A stretch of DNA of 61,892 nucleotides, filler included, from Nemertoderma westbladi (GCA_032718475.1; 3 parts of 3 records of this genome joined end to end with filler, not necessarily neighbours in it), one strand, 5' to 3'. Positions 1-13,410 are shown, counted from the whole stretch's first letter. Program-made: numbers and translations. Notes: generated by a model from the letters alone, not told the origin.

Positions 1-2003
1 AAACCAAGCGTCTTGGTTTCTGGAAGATCGTCCTTGATAAGGTCTAGATCTTTAACTCCTCGGTCTTCTACTGGGATCGATTACAGAAATTCGCGGGAGT
101 TGCTGGTGAATTTAGTTAATCGAAATCCACCTTTTTTCAAGCACTCTACCGTTCCTTTGGCGACATCAATGGCTTCTTCCACCGATGGGAGGGACTTTAA
201 ATTGTCGTCCATGTATATATCCCGTTTGATGTTGTCGATAACCTCTTTGGAGAAGGCGTCCAGGTTGTCATCAGCAGTGGTGCGCACTACTGAGCAGGCG
301 TTTGAAGGGCTCGAGATGATCCCAAAAGCCTGGATGGTCATCCAGTACTCCACCGGTTTCTGGTTGAGGTCTCCTTCAGGCCACCACAGAAATCGTAGGC
401 TGTCTCGATCTCTATCCAGCGCCTTAACTTGTAAGAACATGCCTTCTATATCGGAGGCGAAAGCGATTGAATATTGTCGTAATCTTAAGAGTACTCCCAA
501 CAAGGATTGGAGTAAGTTGGCTCCCGGCAACAACTCGGAGTTAAGGGATTGGCCCATGTAGAGGGCGGAGCCGTCAAATACTACCCGGACTTCGTTGGGT
601 TTACCGGGTTTGGGAACGTAATGATGTGTTAAATAGTACGTTCTCTCAGTTATGGGTGTTCCTTCCGGTCCTCGCTCCGCATATCCCTTGTCAATGAATT
701 TCTTCAGCTGGGTCTTGTACATCTCCTTAGCTGCAGCATTTGCCGTAAGGCGTCGATGTAGTTGCGCAATTCTCTTCTCCGCCAAGGGTCGGTTGTTTAT
801 AAAATTGGGTTCTCGCCGTCGGAAAGGCAGACCAATCTCATATCTACCTTGATCTTTAAGAAAACGTGTAGTTGTTTCCTGTATCTGCTTGGCTCTTTCT
901 TCTTCTACCGATAGGGCCTTATCATAGGAATTGGGCTCTACAGCCTCTTGAGTAAAGAATCGTACGGCGTGTTCATCACAAGTCTTCGCGTTGTAGCGAT
1001 CTATCACTTCATTCAGTTCGTCGTTGTAATCGACTTGTCCCGCTGGATGAATGAGGTGACATAGGTTCACTTGGTTTCGCCAAGTTTCATTTTCCGTAAG
1101 GAGGTCGATGGTATTCTCCTCGTCGAATAGTTGGTGGATATTGTCATTATCTGAGGAGTATGGTGTTCCCTCAGGTGGGTCGTCTCCCTCACTGATCTCA
1201 TCTTCCCATTCACTCACCTGGTAGACTCGTTCTTTGGGTAGCCTTTCCATGAGAGTTCTACGGGAAGGTCCAGTAAAGTACCAACCTACTCTAGTTCTTC
1301 CCGCATAGGTTTGTAATGGTTGCGGTTGAGCAGGCCATTTCTCCAATGTCTCAAGCGCCTCATGCGCATTTTGGCCGATGAGTATTTGCACTCCAGGGTA
1401 ATCTGTGTTGAATCTAGGTATCTCATGCTGTTGGGTGAAATCGTCCTCATCCCAGTTATAAGGTTCCACTTGGCTGGTAGCGAAGTTCTTTATCGCCACC
1501 ATTTTTACTGACCTTATGCTGTGTTCTCCTAGTTCATCCTGGGGGGTGGACAACGCGCCTACATAGTAATCTGTAGTTACTGTAGATTTCCAAACCTGCA
1601 TAATTCCTGAAAGGTTCAACTTAGTTCGGAACTTGGGTTGTCCAGCAAAGATGTCTTCGGCTAGTTCTTTGTCGATGAATGTTCCTGTGCTGCCGGAGTC
1701 AAGGAGGGCATTCACTATATAGCTCTTTTCTGACCCGTGGACTCTCAACTGCACTACGGGAAATTCTCGGATTCCTACGTTGGAAGTTGGTGCTTTCCAA
1801 GATGGTTGTCGGTCAGGAGTAGTTAGGGGGAGCTCACTGTCGGTTTCCTTCTCATACGTAAGTGCTCGATACACTGCGGTATTTATTAGGTAACATGATT
1901 CGTTTTCGTCGGAGAATTCATCCGTATAGAATCCTTCCATCTCAGAACTTTGGTCCGTGTCGTTCACATCACTGAATTGGACATGTAGTTCGGACTCACT
2001 TAC
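1..2003 (-). pseudogene. pol: BEL/Pao pol: aspartic protease and reverse transcriptase; in-frame TAA at 81-83, frame continues to window edge
   Basis: ALLDSGSTGTFI (protease). RVVFDGSA, SLNSELLPGANL, DIEGMFLQV, YMDD and GGFRLTKF (BEL RT). Confidence 0.92.
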
Positions 2004-5000
2004 CTAACTCGGGCTGTTTCTTTCGAATTCAGTGTGCAACAAGATATGATGTTTTGCGCCGCACTTAGCACACCTTGCGTCGGAGTAACAGGTTCGCCGT
2101 TGGTGTCCTTGTCTGAGGCAATTATAACACAACTGCTTATTCCACATGACTTCACGTCTATCTATTAGGGATTTCTTTAGGAATTCATCACACACACTTA
2201 AACGGTGGGGCCCGTCGCACAGCACACATTTTGGTTTGATGTTACTTACCTTACCTTGGGTAATGTTGTGCACACTCGTTCTTTCCTCTGGCTTTCTTCC
2301 ATGAATTCTCTTAGGAGACGTAGGAGGAGTTTTTCTTACCTGTTCTCTCCTGTCATTGGTTCGAGACTTAAATTTACTTACGTCTTTAGGCGCTTTGTTG
2401 ACATAGTAAGATCTTTCAGTGTCTTTCCCGCTGTCCTCCTCTTGAGAAACCTGGCTTTCGCCGTCGTCTGTATAACACACTGGTGTTACCTTTCTCCCAG
2501 AAACGGGTTTCTCACTTACCTTATTTTCCGGTGTCTTCTCTCTGGACTGCTTTAGGAGCTGTAATTTTACCTCTCAATCTAAGAATGACATGAGATCAGC
2601 CATGGTAGGGTCTCGTCGTTGTTGTTCCATCATATATAACACTTTCTTGTCCCAGCGTGTACCTACTCCACCCTTTGGTAAAGTAGATGCTACGGCTCCA
2701 ATAACCATATAACTCTGATATTCATGAGACTTACCTAGCCAATCTAATTGTCTACAGATCTCCTGAATCTCATCGGAAAACTCTATAATCCCGCTGCTAA
2801 TGAACTTTCGGGGCGCTACCAATTTTGCATACAAATACCTAGCTATGTTATTCCTATTACCATACCTGATGTTTAGTGAATTCCAAACTTGTCTTAATCC
2901 ATCTGGATGTCCAATAAACTTTAACGCCATTAACTTGGGAGGTCCTTCCAAACACTCGATGAGGAATCTAAGTTTCTCTCCATTAGATAGTACAGAGTTC
3001 TGTATGTTATCTTTGTAATATTCATTAAAAGGTAACCATTTCATCTCATCTCCATTGAACTTGACGATCTCTCCCACCTTTACCGCTTGACGGGCTTCGG
3101 TTCTAGCCATTTGACGCGTAAAACTTTCTTGGGCCATCGTATTATTTAATATCGAGTTATCGGTATATAAATTTCTCGGATTATTATCAGGTCTATATGG
3201 AATATCATTGTCAACAGGTTTATAATTACCCTTAATAGGGTTTACTATAGGAGTTTCTACTTCACTAGCAGTATATATGCGTGTAGGCTCCACACCTTGC
3301 GCATGAAATACTTCAGACCTAACAGGTTGACACATTGTTACAGGGGGTGTTGGTATACCCTTTTGTAGATTTACTAACTTATCGCGTTCTAACGCGATAC
3401 TCTGCTGCACTTCCTGTAATTCTAACTTACTTTCTCTTACTGTTCCCTTTAACTGTTGAACAGTCCCCTCAAACTCTCGGACCTGTTGGGAGGAGCGAGC
3501 CTGATTCTCCTCCATCTGCCCGAGGAGAATATCCATCCCCCGCCGTCGCTTATCCACCCACTCAACCACCGAAGCGGGAGCCGCCAACATAGTAGCGGGT
3601 AGACGAGGGACGACGGGCGACAAATTGTTAATGTCTCGCTCGGCGTCCAGGACCGGAGTTGACTGAGGAACTGTCCCACCGGATACAGGTAGTTTAGTAC
3701 TGTGCAAAGGGAATTTAGAGTTCGGTTCTGGAAGTACAGTGGTCTCTATTACAGAGGGAGTGGCTTCGAGAACAGGCCTAATTATTTCAGGTTCATCCAC
3801 TATAGTAGGGAGTCTTTCTACTCTAATAATTTGGTCTGTGGGTTCTGCACTACCTAAGTCTGTGCTAGCTAGTTGCCTTCTCACAGCTGGGGGCAAATTA
3901 GGCAATTTCTGACGGTGGGGCGTTCTTCTACGCCTACTGGAACGAGATCTATTTCCTCCGCCTTCAGGATCTGTTGTATCGCCTTCATCAGATGATGTAA
4001 ATCCCTGTCTTTTGGGAGTAGATCGACTTATCATCTGCCACTGACTAGCTGTTCTCTGTTTATCTAAGTCTTGCTTCTCTTGAAGATTTTCCAACTCTAG
4101 TTGGGTGGTCTCTTCAGACGCCCTCCGTTCTGCTTCTGCCACTGCTATCTTTCTTTCCGCTTCTGCCGCTTTTCTTTCCGCTTCTGCCGCTGCCACTGCC
4201 GCTTTTCTTTCTACTTCTGCCGCTGCCACTTTTCTTTCCACTTCTGCCGCTGCCACTGCCGCTTTTCTTTCCACTTCTGCCGCTTTTCTTTCCGCTTCTG
4301 CCTCTGCCGCTGCCGCCGCTGCTGTCTTTCTGTCTTCTATACGTTTTTTCTTTACTTGTTCTTCTTGAACCCTAGCGATGCGGCTACTTTCATCAAATTT
4401 AGCTTGGTTCGCAGCTAACATTTCCGCATCTATTGCGTCCAGCACAAACTTGGCTTCCTCACTATTAGGACTAAGTCCAGCCAGCCTTCTCCTCAACTCT
4501 TCATCACCTAGAAATCGTTGATAGTCTGACAGATAGATATCAATAGCGTCCTTCTTCTGCGGTTTCTCTGCTGTCGCTTCGCTTTCCACTTGAGAAAAGG
4601 TAGCGTCTGTTGATTCTCCATGGGTTGAGCGCTCAGCCAGCTGAAATTTCCACTGGGCCGTTCCTTGAACCTTGAGACCCACCCGCTGGAACCAAGACTT
4701 TACGGCAACTTGCAACGACGTGTCTTGTCTTCTTTTCGAAGCTTCCTCAAAGGCTGATAGGATTAGTCTGATTCTTAGAATTCTTTCTCTAACTTGATAA
4801 AGCAGCTCTCCCTGCTCTTGAGGTCCTTGGGGTTGTTGAAACAGTTGTTCCTCTAATCTCTCCAAAGAGCTGAAGAATCCCTGTACATATCCTGCTGCCG
4901 ACCTCTTCCACACAGCTGGATCACTAGTGTCTTTTGTCACTCCCATCCTGTATAAGTCCTCCCAGGCAGCTTCCGATAAGTTAAACGGGAGTCCGGGTCT

Positions 5001-5504
5001 GGGGAAGTTACATTGCGTCTCGACAATAGACTTCAGTTCCTCCCTTGTGTATCCCGCATAACTGTCCTTGGTCGATCGCTTACTTCTCACCCAATCGATT
5101 TGGTGTTCCTCCACCGCAATCAATACCCTAGTGAGTACGGCTGCAGGAAGAATGAGAAGGGGATCCGAATAAACCGCATCTGCCATCTTTGCTCCACGCT
5201 CGGGTGTCAGCTCTACAGTATTTGAACTACTGGAGCTATCGGGCCGCTGAGAAATAAGTTCTCGGCTCGGGTGTTGCTGCTGTTTAACAGCTGCTTCTTG
5301 GTCTCGCTTGACTTGAGCCCGAGTGCCTATGATAGACCTACGGTGTTTGACTAGCCTAGGGTCTGATACTACTACTGGAGGGATGACCTTTCTTACAGTA
5401 GGAGGGGAGTTGAACTTCGGTCTCAAACGTTCCGCACTCCTATCTGGGTCACAGATGGTTGTATCTAGGAGACTGTCTGACAGGTTTTGATTTAGGTCAG
5501 ACAT
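2004..5504 (-). pseudogene. gag: BEL/Pao gag: Ala/Glu coiled-coil repeat, capsid-like region and three zinc knuckles; in-frame TGA at 2574-2576
   Basis: ORFs 2574-5504 and 2004-2480 are in the same frame. KFNGDEMKWLPF...EKLRFLIECLEG is typical of BEL gag. CVLCDGPHRLSVC, CYNCLRQGHQRRTC and CAKCGAKHHILLH form the BEL triple knuckle. Confidence 0.88.
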
Positions 5505-7740
5505 GTTTGTTTGTACAGTTGTATGCCTACTGCTATAATTACAGTTAAAGCAAGTCTAGTAATTCAGTATCAACTGTTAGCCTAGTAATTAATTACCGAT
5601 ATCGTTACTCTATGTAACGTGATATATATACAATATATTAGAATACCGGTATACACTTATAGTATATAAGTATTATTACGGATCGAATATTAGGGTTTGT
5701 CACAGAATACCGGTATATAATTTCAGCGCAAATATATAGATATATAATAAGCCTAACGTGAATACCGGTATACAGCTTACACTTATAGTGTATATATAAG
5801 TATAATTATAGACTAGAATTAATTACAGAATACCGGTATATATTTTCAGCTTAAATTTATAGAAATAAATATAATAAACCTATCGTAAATACCGGTACGT
5901 CAATTATTTTAGAATAATTGAATTTCTGAATTTTTAGGGTTACTTAGTTACTTTACTTTACTTTATTACCGTTATTTAAGCAGTAGTCCAATTGATATTA
6001 AGACCTAATTGTTGTATGACAGGCCTACTATTTTATAAATCGGTTTGAGTTGATTTATAATATATATATCTATATATACCCTGTAATGGGTTTTGTCAAT
6101 ATTTGAAATAAATGTTATTATTTCTGGTAAGGAGTCACTACACAGAAGCTGTACGCTCTCAGTGAAGTGCTACTTGTTGCACACTAAAACAAATAATTCT
6201 AATTTACTAAGTTACTTATTACTACAAATTACGTACAATTAAGGGGTGAGATTACAATCTCTAAATAAACACAAAAATTACACGTACGAATTTTTAGGGT
6301 TAATTTTACAGGGAATCTACAAACCAGCCTAACAAGGAGTTAGAATATCTGGTTATTACAAACGGACAAGATACTACGGTATTTGAAAATAATAAAGCAG
6401 TAGTAAATATATTGTATTGTCTAGATAGGAAAATACCACCGCCTGACGATTTATAGTCTCTAGCTTTACAGCTCTATAAGTACTACGTTATGTACCCGGA
6501 GTGTTCCTACCTAGAAGTTAATTACCGCAGCCAACCATAGCTAACGTGCCTATTAACCACTTTACAACACAAATATACTGCCTACACACTAATTACCCTC
6601 GGAAAGCACTGTACACTAAACCCTAAATTAGGTACAAGTACTTATACAACAAATAACCAGCAGTTAAAAATACTTGTACAGCTAAAAGAACCACGGTACC
6701 TGCCGTAGTGACCAGAGCATAAAATCACCAGTCTTTACCTACGCCAAACAGCCCTGATGTAGTACCGGGGTTAATTTAACTATAACGGTATGTATAACAA
6801 GCACAATTACTGTAGGAATAAACTTGGGGTTGTGAATGTTGCGAATAATCACATATAATCTGAATAATAAATATTACGCTACCCGTACAGACTACACAAA
6901 CAAAATACAAACCAAATGCTGACAGACTACTATCAAGCCTAAATAAACTACAGTATATGCAGACTCCGAAATGGTTAGTTAGTATGCGTTCTAACCGAGT
7001 AGTACGACTTATTCTTTCGGGGGGGGGGGGGGGGGGGGGATTTACCTTACAGCACTGGATGCCCCCACGTTCCTAACTAGTACTTTATCGGACATACACT
7101 CTACACACACTGCAATCTCTTCAGACTTAACAACAGTCAGACAACAATCCAGCCTACAAATTATCTGTACAATCTGAGCAGGCTTACATGCCTTCTGCTC
7201 AATATTAACTTACAGATAAATAAAACTGACAGAAATAAGTAAAATCCCAATAAAAAACCAGGGCTGCAGTCCCTGATTAAATATCAAGACCTACCGGTAT
7301 ATAATTATCAAAATCGAATAATACTGATGTACCTGTACTGCTGTAAGTACCGGTTCGGGTGGTTAGGTAGTTAGGCCTACTGGTTACCGGTCGACCGGTA
7401 CTTTTGCCTTTATTGCCTACGTTGCAATAAAGAAAGAATAACTGTTATTGTTCGCGCTTTTAGACCTTTAGCAGTTTAACCTGCCAATTTTAGGTGTCTT
7501 CTAGGTTATAAATCGACTTTAGCCTATAACAAGTATTTGATACACATAAAGTTACATTAGCCGAAGCCAGCCTATGCGCGACCATTCACCCACGGTTATG
7601 GGAGACTGGATTCGGATGCTCTGACCTTATTGCGGTGTAGACTTACTGTACTATTCGATTGATCGTTAATATATCTCTGACAAATATTATTTACTTTCGG
7701 GAAATATTAACAGTTCCTTTAGGACGTGGCGCTCTAAGTA
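5505..7740 (-). other. Long non-coding leader of BEL element 1 with repeated AATACCGGTATA motifs and a ~120-bp duplication
   Basis: No ORF between the LTR and the gag ATG. The motif recurs at ~5642, 5706, 5761 and 5829, with a variant at ~5888. Confidence 0.6.
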
Positions 7741-8637
7741 TGTAAACAGAGTTATGACTTACACTAAACACAACGGGATGGCTATTGATTTTCGTATAAA
7801 GCGCATTCTTTAGGAAATGCTTTGTTATCTATCACATTCATGCACACTACCGCACACCGCTGCACACTGATCTGCCGATCTTCACTAATTTTAGTCATAT
7901 ATAAGGAGAACAGCAACTGACACATGTTGGGTCTATGAAATAGCATTCAATTCACTCCAAAACCACTATAATGTAAGTCGCAATTGCTACAGGTAACCGG
8001 TCTCTCTAACCTTCAGTATATCAAGAAGATTGGGGTTTATGATTATTTATCGATATTCTCCAAATATAACAACATATCCATCAACTGATAACAATTAATA
8101 ACCGACAGTAAATAGCAGTAAAATAATGCGGTGAAAGGTATGTATAGTATGACATGATGTACTGTGATATGTTATGCGATTTGTATGATAACAGTTATAC
8201 GTTTCTATAATCAAAGCCGTTCTAATGTTTGGCTAAAGTCTGAAACTCAGAATAATTCCAAAGCCGATGTTCTGGGCTCAGGAAAAAAGGTAAACAAAGA
8301 CCATAATGCATTGCGCGATCTTCCGTAGGCTTCTGTACAAGATAAAATGAAAATCGCTCTGATTGGTCGAGTGGGCCGAACAAAGAAAGCCAAAAAGCTC
8401 CACATCGACATATCAGCTGATAGATGTCGTCATCTGAACTACACTGTATTAAGAGTATTTTGGCGTATTGCGGCATAAAATGGCTTGTTATGTCCGCTAA
8501 AGTACACATACAGAAAAATGGCTTTTTATGTCCACTAAAACACCTACACAGTAAGAAAACGGCTTTTTATGTCCGCTAAAACACCTACAGAGTACTTTGC
8601 GGGAAAATGACTAGCTAGATCCGCAAAAGCCTTTACA
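7741..8637 (-). repeat. 5' LTR of BEL element 1 (~897 bp)
   Basis: TGTAAA...TTTACA 6-bp inverted termini, located upstream of gag. Collinear motif matches to 21916-22923 stop at the same boundary (ccgcaaaagc..ta(a)ca). Confidence 0.72.
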
Positions 8638-9386
8638 AACTGCTTGGATCTCAGGCAGGGTATGCATCTACAATCAACCCTCAAGATACCCCACCCCATA
8701 TAAACTTATTCACCATTATCATGCATGTAACACATTCTAGCACACACATTGCACCATGTTGATTAGTGAGTTTATGTTCCAAAATGCCTATTCGAATGAG
8801 TTTCATAAAATATTCCATCACATTAGGATTTACAACATGCCTCAGAGTACTGTATCCCTGTCCTGAGCACTGTATCATAACCATAAAATCAAAAATTTTA
8901 TAAAGTAAATAATATATAGTACTAGAGGTAGTAGATAGTAAATAGTCTATGTCTATATAGTAAATAGTCTGGCGCAGTTCGGTAGGGTGGGGTAAATACA
9001 GTAGTATGCTCCATACACCATAGAGACTGTTTCTGTGTTGGGGGCGGGCAAAGGATTTCATTTTAAATTTCCCTCTTACATTGGTTGCCTAGTAACGTCG
9101 GCTGGGTATTGATTAACATTAACGTTTTATTATCTATGTGAATAAATGAGACTTAAAGAGTTAAAAAAAAAAGATAGTAAATAGTAGTAAATAATACTAT
9201 AAGGTAATGGTAAATCCTGCAAGTTTCGTCTTCATAGCAAAGAAGTTGTTTGCTAGAAAGCGACAGGGTAGCATAGTTTATCAAATACAGCAAGATATCT
9301 TTGTCAAGATTCATGTTCACTAATTCTAAAAACCGAGGTAGGTTCAGTTATATAAACTTCTATTATCTATTAGAATTGAGTAAAAT

Positions 9387-10322
9387 TTATGTTTCTTTTT
9401 TATCAATCAACCCACTAAGTAGAGGCTCAGTTTCATCTTCCACAATTTGTTTCTCAGCATTTTCAACATTCGTAAGTGGAGCAAATATTTCCCTCCCGTG
9501 GTATTTATAATAAACAAGCAATATAATAGCCGGGATTATCACAATAATGTTGAATCCACAGAAAACTGTAGCAGCTAAAGGGAACTTAATATATTGAGCC
9601 AATGGCCCGGCAACTAATGGACCAATAAACAGACCACAAGCCCCTGGGCTGTTCACAAGGGACATCACAACTGTGTGGTTACCGATAGTTTGTGGCCATT
9701 GAAGGCGGTATTTGTATATTTTAAGCAGCGTTTCTATATAAGGTGTCGCCAATGACATTCCAAATCCTAATAAAGTTGTCCCAATTATCACAATGCTAAT
9801 ATGTTGTGGTAAGTTCAATAAAGGTGATGGCCCCATCAGTAACAATCCTACTATACCAACGAATTGCGCAAATATCATCGCTGTTAACGTGTTGATTGAT
9901 TGATATCTGGCCAGAAATGCACCCCATGCCAATGCTGATGAAACGTTTATAAGTGGAGCTATAAGAAACATTGATCCAACTTCAGCCGGAGACAAATCAT
10001 ATACATCCACAAGATGAATAGCGAATGTTGTTTCATAGAAGCCCATAGCCATAGCCATCACAAACAACATGGCGACTGCAGATAAACATACCCTGTCTTT
10101 GAGTAAATCAAATATGGTCTTTGTGGTGACAATTTTGCTGGGTTTGATGTTAGGGAGAGAAAATATGTTTATTAATGCGATAACTACTTCAGTTCCTCCA
10201 AGGATTACAAACGGAGTAACAAAGTTGGTGTACTGGTATAGAATTCCTCCCAGGGCAGGTCCGCACATGGTTCCTCCAAAGAAAGCACTGTGAATAATTG
10301 ACAACACAAATATTTTTTCTTT
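9387..10322 (-). CDS. SLC18B1: MFS transporter, SLC18B1-like, coding exon 2
   Basis: Multiple TM helices and GTMCGPALGGILYQYTNFVTPF. Acceptor cttgtttcccacag|AAA at 10323/10322 is phase 0. TAA stop at 9387. Confidence 0.82.
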   Translation of the reverse strand, partial: KEKIFVLSIIHSAFFGGTMCGPALGGILYQYTNFVTPFVILGGTEVVIALINIFSLPNIKPSKIVTTKTIFDLLKDRVCLSAVAMLFVMAMAMGFYETTFAIHLVDVYDLSPAEVGSMFLIAPLINVSSALAWGAFLARYQSINTLTAMIFAQFVGIVGLLLMGPSPLLNLPQHISIVIIGTTLLGFGMSLATPYIETLLKIYKYRLQWPQTIGNHTVVMSLVNSPGACGLFIGPLVAGPLAQYIKFPLAATVFCGFNIIVIIPAIILLVYYKYHGREIFAPLTNVENAEKQIVEDETEPLLSGLIDKKET

Positions 10323-11127
10323 CTGTGGGAAACAAGATATATATATTAATTTTGAGCTACTTGTAATATAACACATTGGCAAACTGCCACTGTCAATTGC
10401 TAATTCCACTGAAAACGGATAGGTGTAATTTGTGATAACACCTAAAAATGGTGACAACACTCAACCATAGTCAAAAAACGGTGGACCACAGTCAAAAATG
10501 GCTACAAACAATGTATACAGTAGATCGCAGTCCTAAAAGTAATTCTGCTAAGTTTTGGCTCAGCATATCGCCAGCAAGTCAAAAGTCTGGGGAAAACACT
10601 CAAAATGTCTGGATACCACTCAAAACATGTAATTCAGTATTCTGCAATACTGTTCACCAGTTACCTAGTGTACTTGTAGGCCTACATATCGTCGTATGTA
10701 TGTACAGTAGTTATGTTTTTTAAGTGTTGCAGTGTCAGCAAAGTGAATAGTTTTGCAAGCTTATATCATATTCTGCTGCTAGAGGGAGTTGGATCGAAAA
10801 GTATAGGAATAATATATGAATTATAGTATTGTTTTGTGACCACTAAAGATATAAGACTAAGTATTTGTTTTCTGTTAAAAGTGAAGGCGATTATTCATAA
10901 ATGTGCAATCAATGTGGAAGCTGGTTGGTACTTGAATCACTCAACCATAAGCAAGTTGCCCTTCTTGCTCTTCCATCATGTTTTGGGAGAAAACCCTATT
11001 GTAGCTTGCCTTATGATAATATTACTGGTTCTCGCAGTATTACTACTACATATTCGTGTAAATATAAATTATGTAAAATGTAAAAGGTAGATAGATATAC
11101 AGATTTATTTATGCAATATGTATAAAT

Positions 11128-11890
11128 AGGACGCCCACAAAGGGTGAAGATCTGGGATTCACACTACAAGAACGCAGAAGTAGCAGATATCCGGAATCGA
11201 TAGTATGTCCACAGACACCGACTTTACGGATGACACGCCCATGCTAGAAGATGCACAGCTTCTACTAAATAAAGTGGATAGGGCTACTAAGGAGGTTGGA
11301 TTGCATATAAATGCTACCAAGACCGAATTCTTTAACAATTGAATTGAATAATTGATTATAATCATCTAAGGAAGGTTGATGACTTCCAGTACCCTGGATC
11401 TTGGATAGAGAGAACAAAAAAGACAGAAGTTAGGAAAGCAAAGGCATGGGTAGCTCTAACAAAAATGGATACCATCTTGAAATCGGATCTCTCCAGGCAT
11501 CTGAAGACTAAGTTCTTTCAAGTCATAACGGAAAGTGTACTTTTACATGGGGGTGAGACCTGGACACTGAAGAAATCACTTGAACAACGAATTGATGGTT
11601 GCTACACAAGACTTCTATGGGCAGCCCTAAACATCAGCTGGAGACAATAACACATGACAAAAGCTTTGGTACAATACTACCTGTATCAACCACCCTCTGT
11701 GAAAGCGTTTCGCATGAATGCAGATTAAGATTCAGTAGGCACTGCTGGAGAAGTAAACATGAGGTTTATAACAGATCTACTTTTCGGGCAACCAAAACAA
11801 AGAAAACGTAGCCACAACTATGGAGAATCAGGAAGTCTGGAAGGATCTATTTTCCACAGTCCGAGTTCGCTCGACCTAGTAGTAGTAATA
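11128..11890 (+). mobile_element. Degenerate 5'-truncated RTE-clade LINE in the transporter intron (same family as 29168-31766)
   Basis: Aligns by eye to 30925-31766 with stops and deletions. Shares the 3' end gtccgagttcgctcgacc(tag)n. Confidence 0.85.
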
Positions 11891-12119
11891 GTATATATTA
11901 TGTAAAAACAATAACAAGTACACCAAACAATGTATATAGGCATTTTCCAACATACATATACATTATACAGTAGGATTACCCCTAAGAGCTTTGCAGGTTA
12001 TTATCAAATACAATACAAGTTACAAATACAATACTACACAATTACACTACGCTAACAAAAACAGGGTATTGGGGTGACTAACACCCCACATACTTGAAAT
12101 TGTTATTCTTGGTACTCAC

Positions 12120-12629
12120 CTTATATAAACTGCCAGCCAAGCTGTAGCAAGCCAAGTTACCACCACCTAGGGTTACAGCTTCAATGACACGACAACAGAA
12201 ACAAAGCACAATATAATATACACCAGGTGGGCCCCAATCCAATATGCCAAATAAAGCCATACAAGTGCCAGCCAATATATATCCCGATATTAATACAAAC
12301 TTAAGCCCAATAATTGGGATAAGATTTCCTAAAACAATGTAAGTAAGACACCTTATTCCAGCATAGACACCAAACAGGACGCCAATGAGGGATTCATCAA
12401 AGCCACGAGTGACGGCCCTGGTAGTAAAGAATGCAGCTGGTAGTGAGAAACACATTCCTGCACTGAAAATTTGAATGACCAACAGTATTAGATTAGTTAG
12501 ACGATGCCTAATAAACCTCCAAAGAATATTCCCAGAGTTATTTCTTGAAATGAAAACTTCATCGTGTTCACTAGATGATTTATAATCTTCGCTTAAATCA
12601 ATGTCGGATAGAGCTATGATTTCCTTCAT
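12120..12629 (-). CDS. SLC18B1: MFS transporter, SLC18B1-like, coding exon 1
   Basis: ATG at 12629 and TM helices (CFSLPAAFF, IGVLFGVY, LFGILDW, CFCCRVIEA). Donor AAG|GTGAGT at 12120/12119 is phase 0, giving a 481-aa spliced product. Confidence 0.82.
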
Positions 12630-12645
12630 TGTAACATTTAGGATA

Positions 12646-13287
12646 CTACTAGGATCGGCATGCTACATTTCAGCTGCATTTTTAAGAATGCTGTGCCGGC
12701 TTGTCGACAAAATTGCGCCGTCACAACTCCCTATCACCCATGGCATTTGCTAGATCATCCGCATCTTCAAGGCCAGTGTCCTTTAAGATGCGTCTCAAGA
12801 AAGTCATGGGCTGTCCACCATGCTTATTCACTCCATGAGGCTGCCAAAGTACAAGATTATGCAGTGGCTGGTCCTCACGGCGAAAGCAATGTCCTGCAAA
12901 GTGGAGGCGATTTTGTTCTAGTGTCAAGCTTGGGGGAACCAATGGGACACCTCCAATGTTATATTGTGTCTGGTTGGAGATGTGTGCATTGTACCTGAGA
13001 CAATGAACCCGGCGTAGCATTCTTGTGAATGTCCCATCCAGAGATTTGGTGTCCTCAGCAGTTAGAGCCCAGCATGGACTCCCATAGAGGAGTACTGGAA
13101 CTACTGCTGCTTTAAATAATCGGACCTTAAGTTTCCGATTAATTCTCGGTGACTTCGAAATCCTGGAAAGCCTATTCAAGATCCATGCCTTTCCCTTACG
13201 TATTCGAAGGTCCTCACCTGTCTTCCGGATCCATGATCCCAGGTAACAGAAGTCATCCACATGCTCAAGCATATACCATCCTTTGAG
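12646..13287 (-). mobile_element. RTE-like LINE family B 3' fragment, copy 1, 12-bp TSD
   Basis: DFCYLGSWI...LLYGSPCWALT RT C-terminus and (TAG)n tail. TSD ACATTTAGGATA at 12634-12645 and 13288-13299. Confidence 0.9.
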
Positions 13288-13410
13288 ACATTTAGGATAT
13301 ATATTTGGTGACAAACAATACGAATGATCTAAATGAAAATTCCAAATAAGCCCTCTTACTTGCCACTCGATGGACTGTGTGCATTCTGTCAGCTCCGGTC
13401 CTCACAACTA

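Larger units (their letters stand above)
1..8637 (-). mobile_element. BEL/Pao LTR retrotransposon 1 (5' LTR, ~2.2 kb leader, gag-pol; runs off the window's left edge)
   Basis: Collinear in-frame gag, zinc-knuckle, protease and RT segments on the minus strand. An LTR-like segment lies at 7741-8637. Confidence 0.9.

Noticed and set aside
13-5225. Plus-strand ORFs overlapping BEL element 1 (and similar ones at 43377-53268)
   Set aside because: Antisense shadows of long coding frames with no independent motifs.
7020-7039. Long G/C homopolymers here and at ~22588, 23265, 26103, 31969, 39546, 56970 and 60649
   Set aside because: Simple runs of uncertain length. Poly-Gly/Pro ORFs built on them are not credible.
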